Source: a virus (taxonomy: Duplodnaviria > Caudoviricetes). Taken from it: a DNA stretch of 58,392 bases. Position numbers and translations under genes: made by a program. The DNA is taken from the IMG/VR virus record IMGVR_UViG_3300020045_012203, positions 1-58,392 of that record. One strand, given 5' to 3'. The notes under the pieces are model-generated. The model saw nothing but the letters and a program-made list of their open reading frames with translations. It searched no databases and was not told the DNA's origin. This document shows, piece after piece, positions 46,901-57,345 of this stretch; the first letter of the stretch is position 1, and the number at the start of each line of letters is the position of its first letter.

Positions 46901-47436
46901 CAGCTCAAAAAGTAATCGATCCTGTTATTGCAAACATCGTTGATGTGGTACGCGAAATCGTTGATAAGGTACGTCTGGAATATGATGCGTCCAACGAAAA
47001 ACCGTACTTCATGCACGGTCACCCGCTCGAAATTATCAATACGCTGAAAGAGTACACCCAAAACCCTCAGTTAAGGCTTAAAAAGTTTCCGCTCGTTGCC
47101 TTGTTCGAAGACATTGAAAGCAGTAGTGCTGAAGGAATATTTGCTTCACAATCGAAGTTGAACATCCTGATCATTACCGATACACTTCCGAGATATAAGG
47201 CAGCCGAACGATACACAGAATCATTCAACAAGATTCTAACCCCGATTTACAAACTGTTTATCGAAGGATGCGTCAAGTCAAATCGCGTACAATCATTGCA
47301 CCGAAAGATAAAGCACGATCCGGTAAACCATTTGTTCTGGGGCAATAAAGGTCTTTATGGTAATACCGCCAATTTCTTCGAAGATTGCGTGGATGCCATC
47401 GAGATTAAAAACCTTGATTTTAAGATTTACAGGTAG
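46897..47436 (+). CDS. Tail terminator/completion protein (putative)
   Basis: Position; KFPLVAL. Confidence 0.5.
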   Translation: MTAQKVIDPVIANIVDVVREIVDKVRLEYDASNEKPYFMHGHPLEIINTLKEYTQNPQLRLKKFPLVALFEDIESSSAEGIFASQSKLNILIITDTLPRYKAAERYTESFNKILTPIYKLFIEGCVKSNRVQSLHRKIKHDPVNHLFWGNKGLYGNTANFFEDCVDAIEIKNLDFKIYR

Positions 47437-47502
47437 GGTTTTTACCTGATACGATCAATGAAATCTATTAAAAAGTTAAAAGTAATTCAAAAATAATTTA
47501 TT

Positions 47503-48417
47503 ATGACAGCAGCTTATAAAATTACAACTCAGTCTTTCGACTCTTTGGGAACAAGGGGTACTCGAAAAGACAATGAGCTTACCCCTGAAGTGGGGTTGTG
47601 GTTCGCTACTTCTGCTTTTATTCCTACTCCGGCTGAATTGGCAACCGAAGCATTTATTGACGCAGCTATTAAAAGCGAAAAACTGTTCCCTTGCCCTGGA
47701 ATGGATGGTTACGATTTGCGCGACCTGGAAGATAAGATTTACGATTCAAATTCAGGAAACCAAAAATTCCTGAAACGTGGTAAGGAACGTAAAACTTACA
47801 AGTTGGATATTCCAATTGCCGTTCACCAGGCATTGCAGAGCTTCAACAACGCCGATCTTCGCGTTTACAAGATTCACGATGACGGAAGTGTTTCCGGCAC
47901 TCTTGTTAATGGCAAGTTATTGGGGTTCACTACCGACATGATCAATGTTGGCCGTATGCCTTCAGTGGCCGCCGATGGTGGTTCTCCTGCATTAACTCCG
48001 TTGATGATCAACTACGCCAACTCTCGTGAGTGGGATAGTTTCGGGGCAAAACTTACCCCAACGTATGAACCTCTTGGAAAAGAAGGTTTGGCTCCTATTC
48101 AGGTGAGAGTTGTTTCGGCAATTGCTACGCTTGTGAAAGTTCAGCTTTATGCCGAGGATGGTCTTAACTCTGACGGATCGGCCAGAGAAGTATTGATTGG
48201 TGGTATTGATCCTGCCGACTTTACTTTTGTGAAAGCCAACGATACTGCTCAGGCAGCATTTACACCGCTTGAAGATGCCGCAGCTCCTGGAACATACAAC
48301 ATTACCGGTGTTGGATTCGTGACAGGTAAGGTGAATTTAAAATCTCCTTCATTGATGGTAAGTACTGAGTTACTTGTAAAAGCTCCTTCGGTTGCCGCTA
48401 CTGTAACAATTGCATAA
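47503..48417 (+). CDS. Major tail tube protein (putative)
   Basis: Size and position; followed by a terminator. Confidence 0.6.
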   Translation: MTAAYKITTQSFDSLGTRGTRKDNELTPEVGLWFATSAFIPTPAELATEAFIDAAIKSEKLFPCPGMDGYDLRDLEDKIYDSNSGNQKFLKRGKERKTYKLDIPIAVHQALQSFNNADLRVYKIHDDGSVSGTLVNGKLLGFTTDMINVGRMPSVAADGGSPALTPLMINYANSREWDSFGAKLTPTYEPLGKEGLAPIQVRVVSAIATLVKVQLYAEDGLNSDGSAREVLIGGIDPADFTFVKANDTAQAAFTPLEDAAAPGTYNITGVGFVTGKVNLKSPSLMVSTELLVKAPSVAATVTIA

Positions 48418-48421
48418 ATCT

Positions 48422-48448
48422 AAAAGGCGGGTTTCGGCTCGCCTTTTT
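48422..48448 (+). terminator. Rho-independent terminator
   Basis: AAAAGGCGGGT-TTCG-GCTCGCCTTTTT. Confidence 0.75.
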
Positions 48449-48460
48449 ACTTTTCTACCT

Positions 48461-48907
48461 ATGGACTTGATTCAGTTTCAGCGCAACCTTAAAATAAATG
48501 TTTGGCACACATTAACGCCGATCATTGAAAAGCATTTGGGGTATATTGAAAATCTGAATAAGTCACAGCTCAAAAAAGGTATTGCATCAGATGGGTTCGC
48601 TACACCTCCGCACAAAAAATCTGCTAAGTCTGAAATATACCTTGAATCAAAGATTGCCAGAGGGGTTTATGATGAATCAATTTATCCGGCAGTCAATTTA
48701 TACAATAAAGGAGATTTTTACCGTGCAATAAAAGCGAGGGTAGCCACTTTCGGAATCGAGATTGAATCATTTGACCCTAAGGCTGATGAACTTGAATCCA
48801 AATACGGAAGCACGATTTACGGTTTAACCGATGAGAGTTTAAAGAAGTTTACCGACTCAATTATTGATGAATTTATCGAAGCACTTTACAAACAACTATC
48901 CAAATGA
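48461..48907 (+). CDS. Tail/neck completion protein (putative)
   Basis: Start ATG 48461; NKSQL..G..SDG, VNLYNKGDFY and YG..IYGLT. Confidence 0.55.
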   Translation: MDLIQFQRNLKINVWHTLTPIIEKHLGYIENLNKSQLKKGIASDGFATPPHKKSAKSEIYLESKIARGVYDESIYPAVNLYNKGDFYRAIKARVATFGIEIESFDPKADELESKYGSTIYGLTDESLKKFTDSIIDEFIEALYKQLSK

Positions 48908-49128
48908 AAACACCTGAACTTGAATCAAAATACATCGTGATGGCTAATGAATTGGCCGCCATTAAAAATGGTCGCAGAGGGCATAACCTTTGGTTTTGGA
49001 TCATCAGAACATGGCTCCGAATATCGCTTGAAATAAGATTGGAAAGGCTTAAAGAAGATTACAAAGACAGCGTGATCACAAAAGTACAATACGATGCTTG
49101 GAGTTCAATAATTAAAAATGCGCTATGA
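48904..49128 (+). CDS. Hypothetical protein
   Basis: Overlapping operon packing. Confidence 0.5.
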   Translation: MKTPELESKYIVMANELAAIKNGRRGHNLWFWIIRTWLRISLEIRLERLKEDYKDSVITKVQYDAWSSIIKNAL

Positions 49129-49733
49129 AGCTGTTCGCAAAAAAAGTAGTTCAAAAGTTAGAGTTATTCGATACTCCTGAGAAAATCAACATCCGGACCT
49201 TTTACCGGATTCTGGAAACTGGCGACTTGTCCATGTTGGCAAACGAAAAAAGTTTAGTGAATGAAGATCAAGCAGATTTATTAACCGAAACATGGAATAA
49301 TCTACTTGACTTTTATTACCGGAACACCAACACGCAGGCATGGGAAAACTTTCTTCGGAACTTCCGAAACGTGGTCAAGATTCAGAATGAGATTACATCG
49401 TGCAAAGCAGCCTATGAAATGTGCCTGTTATTCGACAATAGGGGATTTGCTCACTTAAAGACGTTCGGAATTAAGTCAGAAAACTTAGATGCCATTAAAT
49501 CGGCCATAAATGCCAAACAAACCAAACTTGAATTTGCTGAAAACAAGCTAAAGAATAAGAATGAGGGAGAAGCATTCAAGTTCTACAAGATACTGGTATC
49601 TGTAAAAAACGCAATCAAAAGGGATATTGACACGGATAAAACCTGTTTAGCTGAATGGGTTGAGATATTGGCCGGAATAGCAGAGCAAAACAAAGCAGAA
49701 CACGAAGCACTAAACAAGCATAAAAGACGGTAA
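49125..49733 (+). CDS. Tail assembly chaperone (putative)
   Basis: Directly upstream of the tape measure gene. Confidence 0.5.
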   Translation: MKLFAKKVVQKLELFDTPEKINIRTFYRILETGDLSMLANEKSLVNEDQADLLTETWNNLLDFYYRNTNTQAWENFLRNFRNVVKIQNEITSCKAAYEMCLLFDNRGFAHLKTFGIKSENLDAIKSAINAKQTKLEFAENKLKNKNEGEAFKFYKILVSVKNAIKRDIDTDKTCLAEWVEILAGIAEQNKAEHEALNKHKRR

Positions 49734-49734
49734 C

Positions 49735-52701
49735 ATGGCAGGGATAATTACCAAAGAGCGAATAATTGAAGATGCCAAAATTCAACAGGCATTTGTAGCC
49801 ATAGGCGAAAAAATTATAGTATGTACTGATAACCTCGATAAATTAGTTGTCGCTGCTATCAAGGCCAATAAAGAATTGGGGGGTGGTGATAGTCTGAGTA
49901 AGCTAACGAAGGGCGTGACAGAAGCCACCAAATCAACAGAGGAATTGACATTTATCCAGATGGAACTTGCCAAACAACATCAACTGGTAGGTAAGTTAAC
50001 CGCACAGCTCGAAACAATAGAAAGTTCATACAATAAAGAAATTCAGAAAACAAGAATTGAAATTCAAAAGAAAAATGCTGCAATAAAAGAAGAAATTACC
50101 GGAGATAAGGCAGCAGCACAGGCAAAAAAAGCATCTGCTCAGGCAGCTAAAGATAAATTGATAGCAGACAAACAGGCTGCAATCGAAGCGTCAAAACAAG
50201 CAACTTCGTACAATGCACTAAATGACGAATTAAACGAATCGGTAAGGGCATATAAAGCATTTACTCAGGCTCAACGTGATGATATTGCAGTTGGTGGCGC
50301 ACAGTTAAAGAAAATTCAGGCGTTAGACTCTGAATTAAAACAGCTCGATGCTACGATGGGTAGGCAACAACGCAACGTAGGAAATTACAAATCTGGATTT
50401 AACGGATTACAATTCTCCATGATGCAGGTTGGCCGTGAACTTCCTTCTTTAGCGTATGGATTTAGCACATTTATTGGTGCTATTTCAAACAACATTCCGA
50501 TGGTTACCGACGAAATAACCAGAGCCAGAAAAGAAATTGTTCGAGCAAAAGAAGCCGGGGAACAATCAACCCCAATTTGGAAACAATTAGGTAGTGCGAT
50601 ATTTTCATGGCAGACAGCTATGGTAGTCGGGTTAACCGTACTGACTTTATATGGAAGGGAAATTGCAACTTGGGCCAAAGGATTATTTAGCGGAGTAAGC
50701 GCAACTGAAAAACTAAAAATTGCACAGAAGCGATTAAATGAAGCCAATAAAAAAGGGTATGAAAATGGACAACAAGAATTAGTTCACATCAAACTACTTT
50801 ACAATGCTACTCAGAATCAGGCTACTTCTATGGACAATAAAAGAAGAGCCATAAAAGAATTGCAGGATCAATACCCGAACTACCTGGGGAACTTTACGGA
50901 GGAAGAAATATTGGCCGGAAAAGCAGGGAAAGCTTATTATGAATTGGCAAATGCCATAATGTCGGCAGCAAAGGCAAAAGCGTATGAAGGAATAATTGTT
51001 GAAAATGAAGTTAAAAAGTTTGAATTAGAATTAAAGGTACTCGAAGAAAGAAAAAAGCTTGTAAAAGCACAAGAAGACCTATCGAAGTTAGAAAAAGCAC
51101 TAAGTGGAATACAATCAGGGAACGTAGGCGCATCTTCGGTTGCTAGAGCTGCGATGGATGCAAATTCGGAAATAATAAAATATACAGATTCTATTGGAAA
51201 ACTCAATACTGAAATATCTCAACTTGAATATTCAAGCAAGGAGCTCTCGGACAAAATTAGTCCTACTGATTTATTATTTGACAGCAAAAACGATAAAAAG
51301 AAAAAAGAAAAGACTGAAAATGAGTTTACCAACCTCGAAAAGCTCAAAGAACAGCACAAACAGGAACTTGACGAAGCAGCACAGTTTCAGTCTGATTTAT
51401 TGGCAAATGAACAATTAACCGAATCTCAAATAATTCAGGCCAAAGCTGACAATGCAAGGGAATTGATCCGTATTCGAATGGATCAGATTAAAGAAGAACA
51501 AAAATTATCTACGCCAGAACAGAAATCAAAGTTAGATTCTGAATATGCCGATAGTGAAAGAAAACTACAACAGGCAACATCTAATTTTATCATTTCTGAG
51601 GATAAAAGACTAACAAAAGAGCAGATCGAAGAAGCAAAAAGACTGGCAAAAGAAAAAGCAGATGCTTTGAAGGTATATACAGATAGGGTTATTTCTGATT
51701 CAGTTGCTATTGCTGACGAAGAAAAGTTATCTGCACAAGAGGTCGCCCTAGAAAAGATAAAGGCATCAAAGGGGAGCAAAGATGCGATTGAAACGATTCA
51801 ACATGAACTTACATTGTTTATGATTGATCAGGATATTGCAGCACAACAACGTATTATTGATACTGCCAATTTAGAGCCGGATGCTTATGCTGAAGCGTCA
51901 GTCCGATTACGCAAATTAAGATTACAAAGAGGCGAAGAAGATTTAAGTTTTACCGATAAAACAGAGCAAGAAAAGCAACGCATCCGTGAGGAAGTGGTTC
52001 AGGCTTCAGCAAATTTATTAAACGAAGGGTTTAATCTATCACAACAAGCATATTCCAATCAGGCTGAGAATGTTAAAAATACCTATGATCAGGAACTAAA
52101 AGCAGCGGGCGATAGTGTAGAGGGTAAAATTATAGCCGAACGTAAATTTGAGGCTGAATCCCTGAAGATAAGACGCAGACAAGCCATTGCGGAAAAGGCA
52201 CAGGCAGTATTTAGCATTGGACTAAGTACTTATCAGGCGGTAATGAAAGTAACGGCACAAACAGGTATTGGCGCAGCCGTACTTGTTCCGCTGATTATTG
52301 CCGCCGGAGCGTTACAATTAGCAGCAGTTTTGGCAAAACCCATTCCTCAGTTTTTCAAGGGAACTAAAAATGCTCCCGAAACATTCATTGCCGGGGAACA
52401 AGGCTCTGAAGCTATCATTAAACCATCAGGCGAAGTATTGCTGACACCTGACAAAGCAACCATGTTCAGCGATAAATCATTCATTGGTTCAACCATTTTG
52501 CCACACGATAAAACCCAACAGATGCTTGCTAATTATGCAGTAACTCAGGGCGCACAGGTATTCTTAGACATGAACAAAACGAATAGCATCCTTTCGAGCA
52601 TGGACCGTAAAATTAATGGTAAAGATGAAAAATTCATCGACGGCAAAGGAAATTTAACAATCAAACGCGGTAACACAACAACTCATTATGCAACAGTTTA
52701 A
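49735..52701 (+). CDS. Tape measure protein
   Basis: Long Ala/Lys/Glu helical protein; RNVGNY, QVGRELPS and PQFFKGT..AGEQGSE. Confidence 0.9.
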   Translation: MAGIITKERIIEDAKIQQAFVAIGEKIIVCTDNLDKLVVAAIKANKELGGGDSLSKLTKGVTEATKSTEELTFIQMELAKQHQLVGKLTAQLETIESSYNKEIQKTRIEIQKKNAAIKEEITGDKAAAQAKKASAQAAKDKLIADKQAAIEASKQATSYNALNDELNESVRAYKAFTQAQRDDIAVGGAQLKKIQALDSELKQLDATMGRQQRNVGNYKSGFNGLQFSMMQVGRELPSLAYGFSTFIGAISNNIPMVTDEITRARKEIVRAKEAGEQSTPIWKQLGSAIFSWQTAMVVGLTVLTLYGREIATWAKGLFSGVSATEKLKIAQKRLNEANKKGYENGQQELVHIKLLYNATQNQATSMDNKRRAIKELQDQYPNYLGNFTEEEILAGKAGKAYYELANAIMSAAKAKAYEGIIVENEVKKFELELKVLEERKKLVKAQEDLSKLEKALSGIQSGNVGASSVARAAMDANSEIIKYTDSIGKLNTEISQLEYSSKELSDKISPTDLLFDSKNDKKKKEKTENEFTNLEKLKEQHKQELDEAAQFQSDLLANEQLTESQIIQAKADNARELIRIRMDQIKEEQKLSTPEQKSKLDSEYADSERKLQQATSNFIISEDKRLTKEQIEEAKRLAKEKADALKVYTDRVISDSVAIADEEKLSAQEVALEKIKASKGSKDAIETIQHELTLFMIDQDIAAQQRIIDTANLEPDAYAEASVRLRKLRLQRGEEDLSFTDKTEQEKQRIREEVVQASANLLNEGFNLSQQAYSNQAENVKNTYDQELKAAGDSVEGKIIAERKFEAESLKIRRRQAIAEKAQAVFSIGLSTYQAVMKVTAQTGIGAAVLVPLIIAAGALQLAAVLAKPIPQFFKGTKNAPETFIAGEQGSEAIIKPSGEVLLTPDKATMFSDKSFIGSTILPHDKTQQMLANYAVTQGAQVFLDMNKTNSILSSMDRKINGKDEKFIDGKGNLTIKRGNTTTHYATV

Positions 52702-53458
52702 CCCAATCAGGTTTTTCACCGACAAAAGAGCAACGCAGTTCGAAAAGACTCCAGACAATATTGAGTCAATGGTATTCTACGAAATTGGAGTGGTCCCGGC
52801 TTTCTGCTTGTTGGTTGCTACTAACCCCGACGATCCGGCTCCGACATTTTCCGGAAAGGTTTACGATGCTGAGGATAATGAAATTTATACACTGGCAGAT
52901 AGTTTTGTTTCGGGCAAGGACACATACAGCCAGATCATTTACGCCGGTATTAATCTGACCGGAAAAGTAAAAGGCTATTATTACCTGAAGGTAACCATCG
53001 GAACAACTGACTATTTTTCGGATATGTTCGCGTGGATCGACATAACCGCAGAACTGCTAAAGTTTGAAGTAGCTACCTCAGATGTTCGGGTAAACGATAA
53101 TCTGCTTTACATGATGGACGGTGTTTCATCTACATTTTACCTGAATGCTGAACAATTGAGCATTAAACCGAAGATTGATCAGGTGGGACACGACCAGAAA
53201 GCAATTACCAATATCCTGTTTGGTTCAAGGGCGGTTCCCCGCGAATTTGAGATTGATGCCAGCGAATCAATATTTATCTACCTATCAGCCTTAGGATTGC
53301 TAAAATCGAACGGAAGTGTTCAAATTACATGGAAGTACGAAACATGGAACGCTTCGGATATTCTGGTTGAAGAAACTACCTTTCACGGAAACGGACTTTA
53401 CCAGGTTAAACTAACTTTTGTTGATGAAGATGAAAGCGTTTCGATTTGTAACGGCTAA
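52688..53458 (+). CDS. Distal tail protein (putative)
   Basis: Follows the tape measure gene. Confidence 0.55.
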   Translation: MQQFNPIRFFTDKRATQFEKTPDNIESMVFYEIGVVPAFCLLVATNPDDPAPTFSGKVYDAEDNEIYTLADSFVSGKDTYSQIIYAGINLTGKVKGYYYLKVTIGTTDYFSDMFAWIDITAELLKFEVATSDVRVNDNLLYMMDGVSSTFYLNAEQLSIKPKIDQVGHDQKAITNILFGSRAVPREFEIDASESIFIYLSALGLLKSNGSVQITWKYETWNASDILVEETTFHGNGLYQVKLTFVDEDESVSICNG

Positions 53459-53632
53459 TTATTTCTTTTCTCTCAATTCTTTCAATATTTCGGTTAGTAG
53501 CTGATTAGTTTCATCTTGTAAAATAAACCTGTCGTTGATTCGATAATACCACAATACCAGATTTCTTAACAGGAAGAAAAGGGCGATTACTATTACGATT
53601 GCTATGAAAAGTGACGCGATAGAGGTATTCAT
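53459..53632 (-). CDS. Small membrane protein; moron inserted antisense in the tail module
   Basis: ATG 53632 MNTSIASLFIAIVIVIALFFLLRNLVLWYYRIN; own TAACTTTG -7 box at 53675-53668. Confidence 0.7.
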   Translation of the reverse strand: MNTSIASLFIAIVIVIALFFLLRNLVLWYYRINDRFILQDETNQLLTEILKELREKK

Positions 53633-53708
53633 GTTTATTTTTTTGTGACTATAAGTTTCTATTTTCCCAAAGTTAAACAATGCAATCCGATAAATTGATT
53701 CTATTTCA

Positions 53709-53739
53709 ATAGGTAAAATTTATTCAATTATATATTTTA
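53709..53739 (+). promoter_or_regulatory. Candidate late promoter
   Basis: ATAGGTAAAATT...TATATTTTA. Confidence 0.45.
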
Positions 53740-53765
53740 TAGAGTAAATCTATAAATCTCGTACC

Positions 53766-56738
53766 TTGATTCCATACAAACTATATCTCGATTTAAGCGG
53801 AGGCAAAAACCCTGATGGATATTTTGAGGTATCGGCTGTTTCAGTTGCTCCTTTTACCGAACAGTCTATTGATAACATGGTTACTACACGCAAGCAATGG
53901 GGAGAGGTTCAGATAAAAAATAAGCCGTTTGATGGTGTGATGCTTTACAATCAGATAACTGCATTAAAACCCACTCAGGAAATTCACCTTAAATTTGTTT
54001 CAGCCTACGAAACTATTTACGGTTATTTCGGAATTGTTGACTGCAAACTGAATGATGACCAGAAAGTACTAACGATTAACGTTACTACCTTAGATCAATA
54101 TACTGAGTTTCTTGAAAACAGGGATGAGGAAGTTAAGCTGTTCGATGAGGTAAACCAGATAGTAAATGGTGATTTTAGTAGTTGGTTTGAAGGTGTTCCG
54201 GTTGGGTGGAATGTAAACACCGAAACCGTAGTTGAACAAGCATATTTTCTAAGTTCAAGTGCAATAAAAATTAAAAGATACTTCGACTTACTGAATGTTG
54301 GCGATGGCGGAATTAACCGAACCATATTATCAGTACTAAAAGGTAAGCAAGTTCAATTTTCGTTTTTATGGGCATTGGTAGGCGATACAAGCGACAAAGA
54401 AGATTTAGAATTTGAAATTGCTCTTTATGGAACGTCAAATACCTACTATTTAGATTCAAATAATAATTGGTCACTAACTCAACAGCGAGTTAAATATACG
54501 AAAAGTCCTACGCTACCAATACCTTACGCATCTGTTCAGAATTATATTTCGGTGAGTAAAACCACAAATTACACTCCTGAACATGGAAGTATTGTTTTGA
54601 ATATTTATCATTCATCGGATGCCGTGTTTACCGATGACACTTATTTATATGTGACCGATGTAGTTTTATCGGTATCAGCCATTGCGTTAAATACCATTAA
54701 ATTAGAGTTTGATACGGAAAACCTTATCAATAAACAACAACAGGATATTTATTGGAAGGACAAAAAAGGTGAAGAAAAATACTTCTATAAGTGGAATAAG
54801 GATGCGAGTCTGAATATTGAAGATATGTTTGATTCAAATGGAGTTCCAATGTTAGGAGCTATGCCGATGAGCAGCAATAGTGGCATGACTTATTCTGATT
54901 TGGTGTCAATATTTGAAAATGACAGTACTCATTTGTCGTATAAATTTGAACTTTCTAAAATAACAGTATTTAAAGGAAGTCTTACAAAGAATTTATTATC
55001 TCAAAATAGATATTATTACGGAGTTGCTGAATTTAGCCGTGAAGAAATTTACATTGAAGATCACGAATATACTGCCGATGATCTTGCAAATGGGTTATGT
55101 TCTGAATCAGAAGTTGGACATTATGCTGAGCCTGAACGCAGCGTGGGATGGAGCCGGATAGGAACACCACAAATAGCAAATTCAAACATGGTTCTTTGGG
55201 TTCGGTTCCCATTCAATAAAGCAACAGATACATGGGTGCTTGGTGATGTCTCACATAGCACCGGAACACTTCGAAGTTATCAGGGATTATTTGATTACCA
55301 TGATAGTCTGACATCCATCAAACAATATCCGGTCCAGTCAAGTAATACCCTTGAAATAAATAATGCTATTGACTTTCGGGAGCTGATAACTCAGGTTTAC
55401 CAACAGACCCATATTTCACTCAGGGGTAAAAAAGTTTATTCGAATTTCCTGTGGAACGATGCACTTTCGGTTGATGAGACTAAGGCCGTTTACGGTGGAA
55501 ATGATAGTGAATGCAACTATGTTACCATGACCGACACAACCGACGATACAGAGCCTAAAAACATCCTGAATAAGATATTTGCAGTTCATACCTATGAGTT
55601 TGTGCCGCTGACAAGCCGGACACCTTCAGATGAGGATAAATCAATACTGAAAACTTCAGCAAAAAAGCTGATGGACGATTTATTTGATGTTTACCTTCCT
55701 AAATGCTTCTGGTTTATTGATGTAAATGGAGACTTGCATATTGAACACCTGAAATATTTTGACCGGATTAATACAGCCAAAGATATAACCACTCCGGCCT
55801 ACAAATATTTAGGCAATTATTCAGAATGGGAATACATTAAGGATAAACTATATTCGAAAGAGGAATATACCACACCTAATTCCGGTTACCTGGACTTCAA
55901 TAAATCAATCGTAACATTTGACAAAATAACCTCAAATAAGCGAGGAGAAGATATTAAAGGCAGTTATGCAGCTTCGATAATCACAACTGATGTTCAGTAC
56001 TGTGCTGAGAACCCGAATAATATTCAAAATGGCATTGTTCTGGTCACTTATGAAACGAAAGACGGAACAAATAAGGCAAAGTATGGCAGAGGCCAATACT
56101 CCGGTAAATCAGTTATAAATGGCGATTTAAGTATATCGTCTTTACTGGAAGATTACGCAACCTATGAAGGAACATGGAATGCCGGAAGTATCAACGGAAA
56201 ATCTCAGGTATTCAACTTTTTAAAACGGTCGAGGCAAGGGATTGAAATTTCAATCAAAGGAATATTTCTTGATAAAGTTATCCTTTCAAAATTAGGGATC
56301 GGAGTAATCAAGCCAAGAACCATTGACTACCAGAATGAAAATACGAAGTTAACGGCAGTTTACCGATACAGCGATGACTACTTAGTACTTGCGCCAAACG
56401 TATTAATGGGATTTGGTGAGCCTTTGCCGTCAACCAATGAAGTTGCTACGATAACAACCGATAGTACTGTGACCGACATTACAGAAACTTCGGCCATGTG
56501 TACCGGGATTATTTCTGCCGACGGTGGAAGCCAGGTAACTGAGCGCGGAATTTGCTACGGAATAACATACGGATTGGTTGATATTAATGGAACAAAAGTA
56601 TTGGCAGGGGATGGAACAGGAACCTTTACGGTTTTGGTCGATGGGCTAGAATCGATGACAAATTATTGGATCAGAGCTTATGCGATTAACAGTTCAGGCG
56701 TGGCTTATGGGGCAAGGTGTAAATTCAGCACAATTTAA
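53766..56738 (+). CDS. Large tail tip/hub protein with C-terminal FN3-like domain
   Basis: WFIDVNGDLHIEH; C-terminal ITETSA..DGGSQVTERG..GTGTF..Y.IRAYAINS.GVAYG. Confidence 0.75.
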   Translation: MIPYKLYLDLSGGKNPDGYFEVSAVSVAPFTEQSIDNMVTTRKQWGEVQIKNKPFDGVMLYNQITALKPTQEIHLKFVSAYETIYGYFGIVDCKLNDDQKVLTINVTTLDQYTEFLENRDEEVKLFDEVNQIVNGDFSSWFEGVPVGWNVNTETVVEQAYFLSSSAIKIKRYFDLLNVGDGGINRTILSVLKGKQVQFSFLWALVGDTSDKEDLEFEIALYGTSNTYYLDSNNNWSLTQQRVKYTKSPTLPIPYASVQNYISVSKTTNYTPEHGSIVLNIYHSSDAVFTDDTYLYVTDVVLSVSAIALNTIKLEFDTENLINKQQQDIYWKDKKGEEKYFYKWNKDASLNIEDMFDSNGVPMLGAMPMSSNSGMTYSDLVSIFENDSTHLSYKFELSKITVFKGSLTKNLLSQNRYYYGVAEFSREEIYIEDHEYTADDLANGLCSESEVGHYAEPERSVGWSRIGTPQIANSNMVLWVRFPFNKATDTWVLGDVSHSTGTLRSYQGLFDYHDSLTSIKQYPVQSSNTLEINNAIDFRELITQVYQQTHISLRGKKVYSNFLWNDALSVDETKAVYGGNDSECNYVTMTDTTDDTEPKNILNKIFAVHTYEFVPLTSRTPSDEDKSILKTSAKKLMDDLFDVYLPKCFWFIDVNGDLHIEHLKYFDRINTAKDITTPAYKYLGNYSEWEYIKDKLYSKEEYTTPNSGYLDFNKSIVTFDKITSNKRGEDIKGSYAASIITTDVQYCAENPNNIQNGIVLVTYETKDGTNKAKYGRGQYSGKSVINGDLSISSLLEDYATYEGTWNAGSINGKSQVFNFLKRSRQGIEISIKGIFLDKVILSKLGIGVIKPRTIDYQNENTKLTAVYRYSDDYLVLAPNVLMGFGEPLPSTNEVATITTDSTVTDITETSAMCTGIISADGGSQVTERGICYGITYGLVDINGTKVLAGDGTGTFTVLVDGLESMTNYWIRAYAINSSGVAYGARCKFSTI

Positions 56739-56748
56739 AAATTAGGAT

Positions 56749-57345
56749 ATGGCACTAGAACAGGGTGATTTAAATTTATTGCTAACATACGATCCTGAAA
56801 CCGATTTAACCCCGGCAAATGAGATCAGAACATTGTTGTTTCACCCATCTTGGGTAGCAGCAAAGAAAGCACCAGCTAACTTTAATAATACTTTTCCTGA
56901 TTGGGCTGATGCTACTGAAGCAGACGTATTGGCACTATTGGGCGTTGCTGACGTTGTTCAATCTTCGCAATTAACAGGATTTCAGGCTGCAATTGCCGGA
57001 AGTGGATTAATTGCCGAGACTGAGAAAACAAGGTTATCTGGAATTATTGCACCGCAAGTAATTGTCCTTTCGGCTGCCAGTGATGTATCCGGTAAAATAT
57101 CTGGCGCAACCAAACCGGACGGATGGACGCTGGCCGCTAGTGATACTGATTTGATTATTACCCACACAGTTACCGGAAAGCAAGTTTCTGGTATTATCAT
57201 TAAAGAAGTTGACGGAAGCACTAAACGGATTTGTGTTCCTTTTGAAGAAGCCTATACCGGAATAACCGAAATATCAACAACCATAACCATTGAGGGAATT
57301 AACCCTACATCATTGGCATTAATTGTAATCATTCAATTTGTATAA
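56749..57345 (+). CDS. Tail protein (hypothetical)
   Basis: ORF in the tail module. Confidence 0.6.
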   Translation: MALEQGDLNLLLTYDPETDLTPANEIRTLLFHPSWVAAKKAPANFNNTFPDWADATEADVLALLGVADVVQSSQLTGFQAAIAGSGLIAETEKTRLSGIIAPQVIVLSAASDVSGKISGATKPDGWTLAASDTDLIITHTVTGKQVSGIIIKEVDGSTKRICVPFEEAYTGITEISTTITIEGINPTSLALIVIIQFV

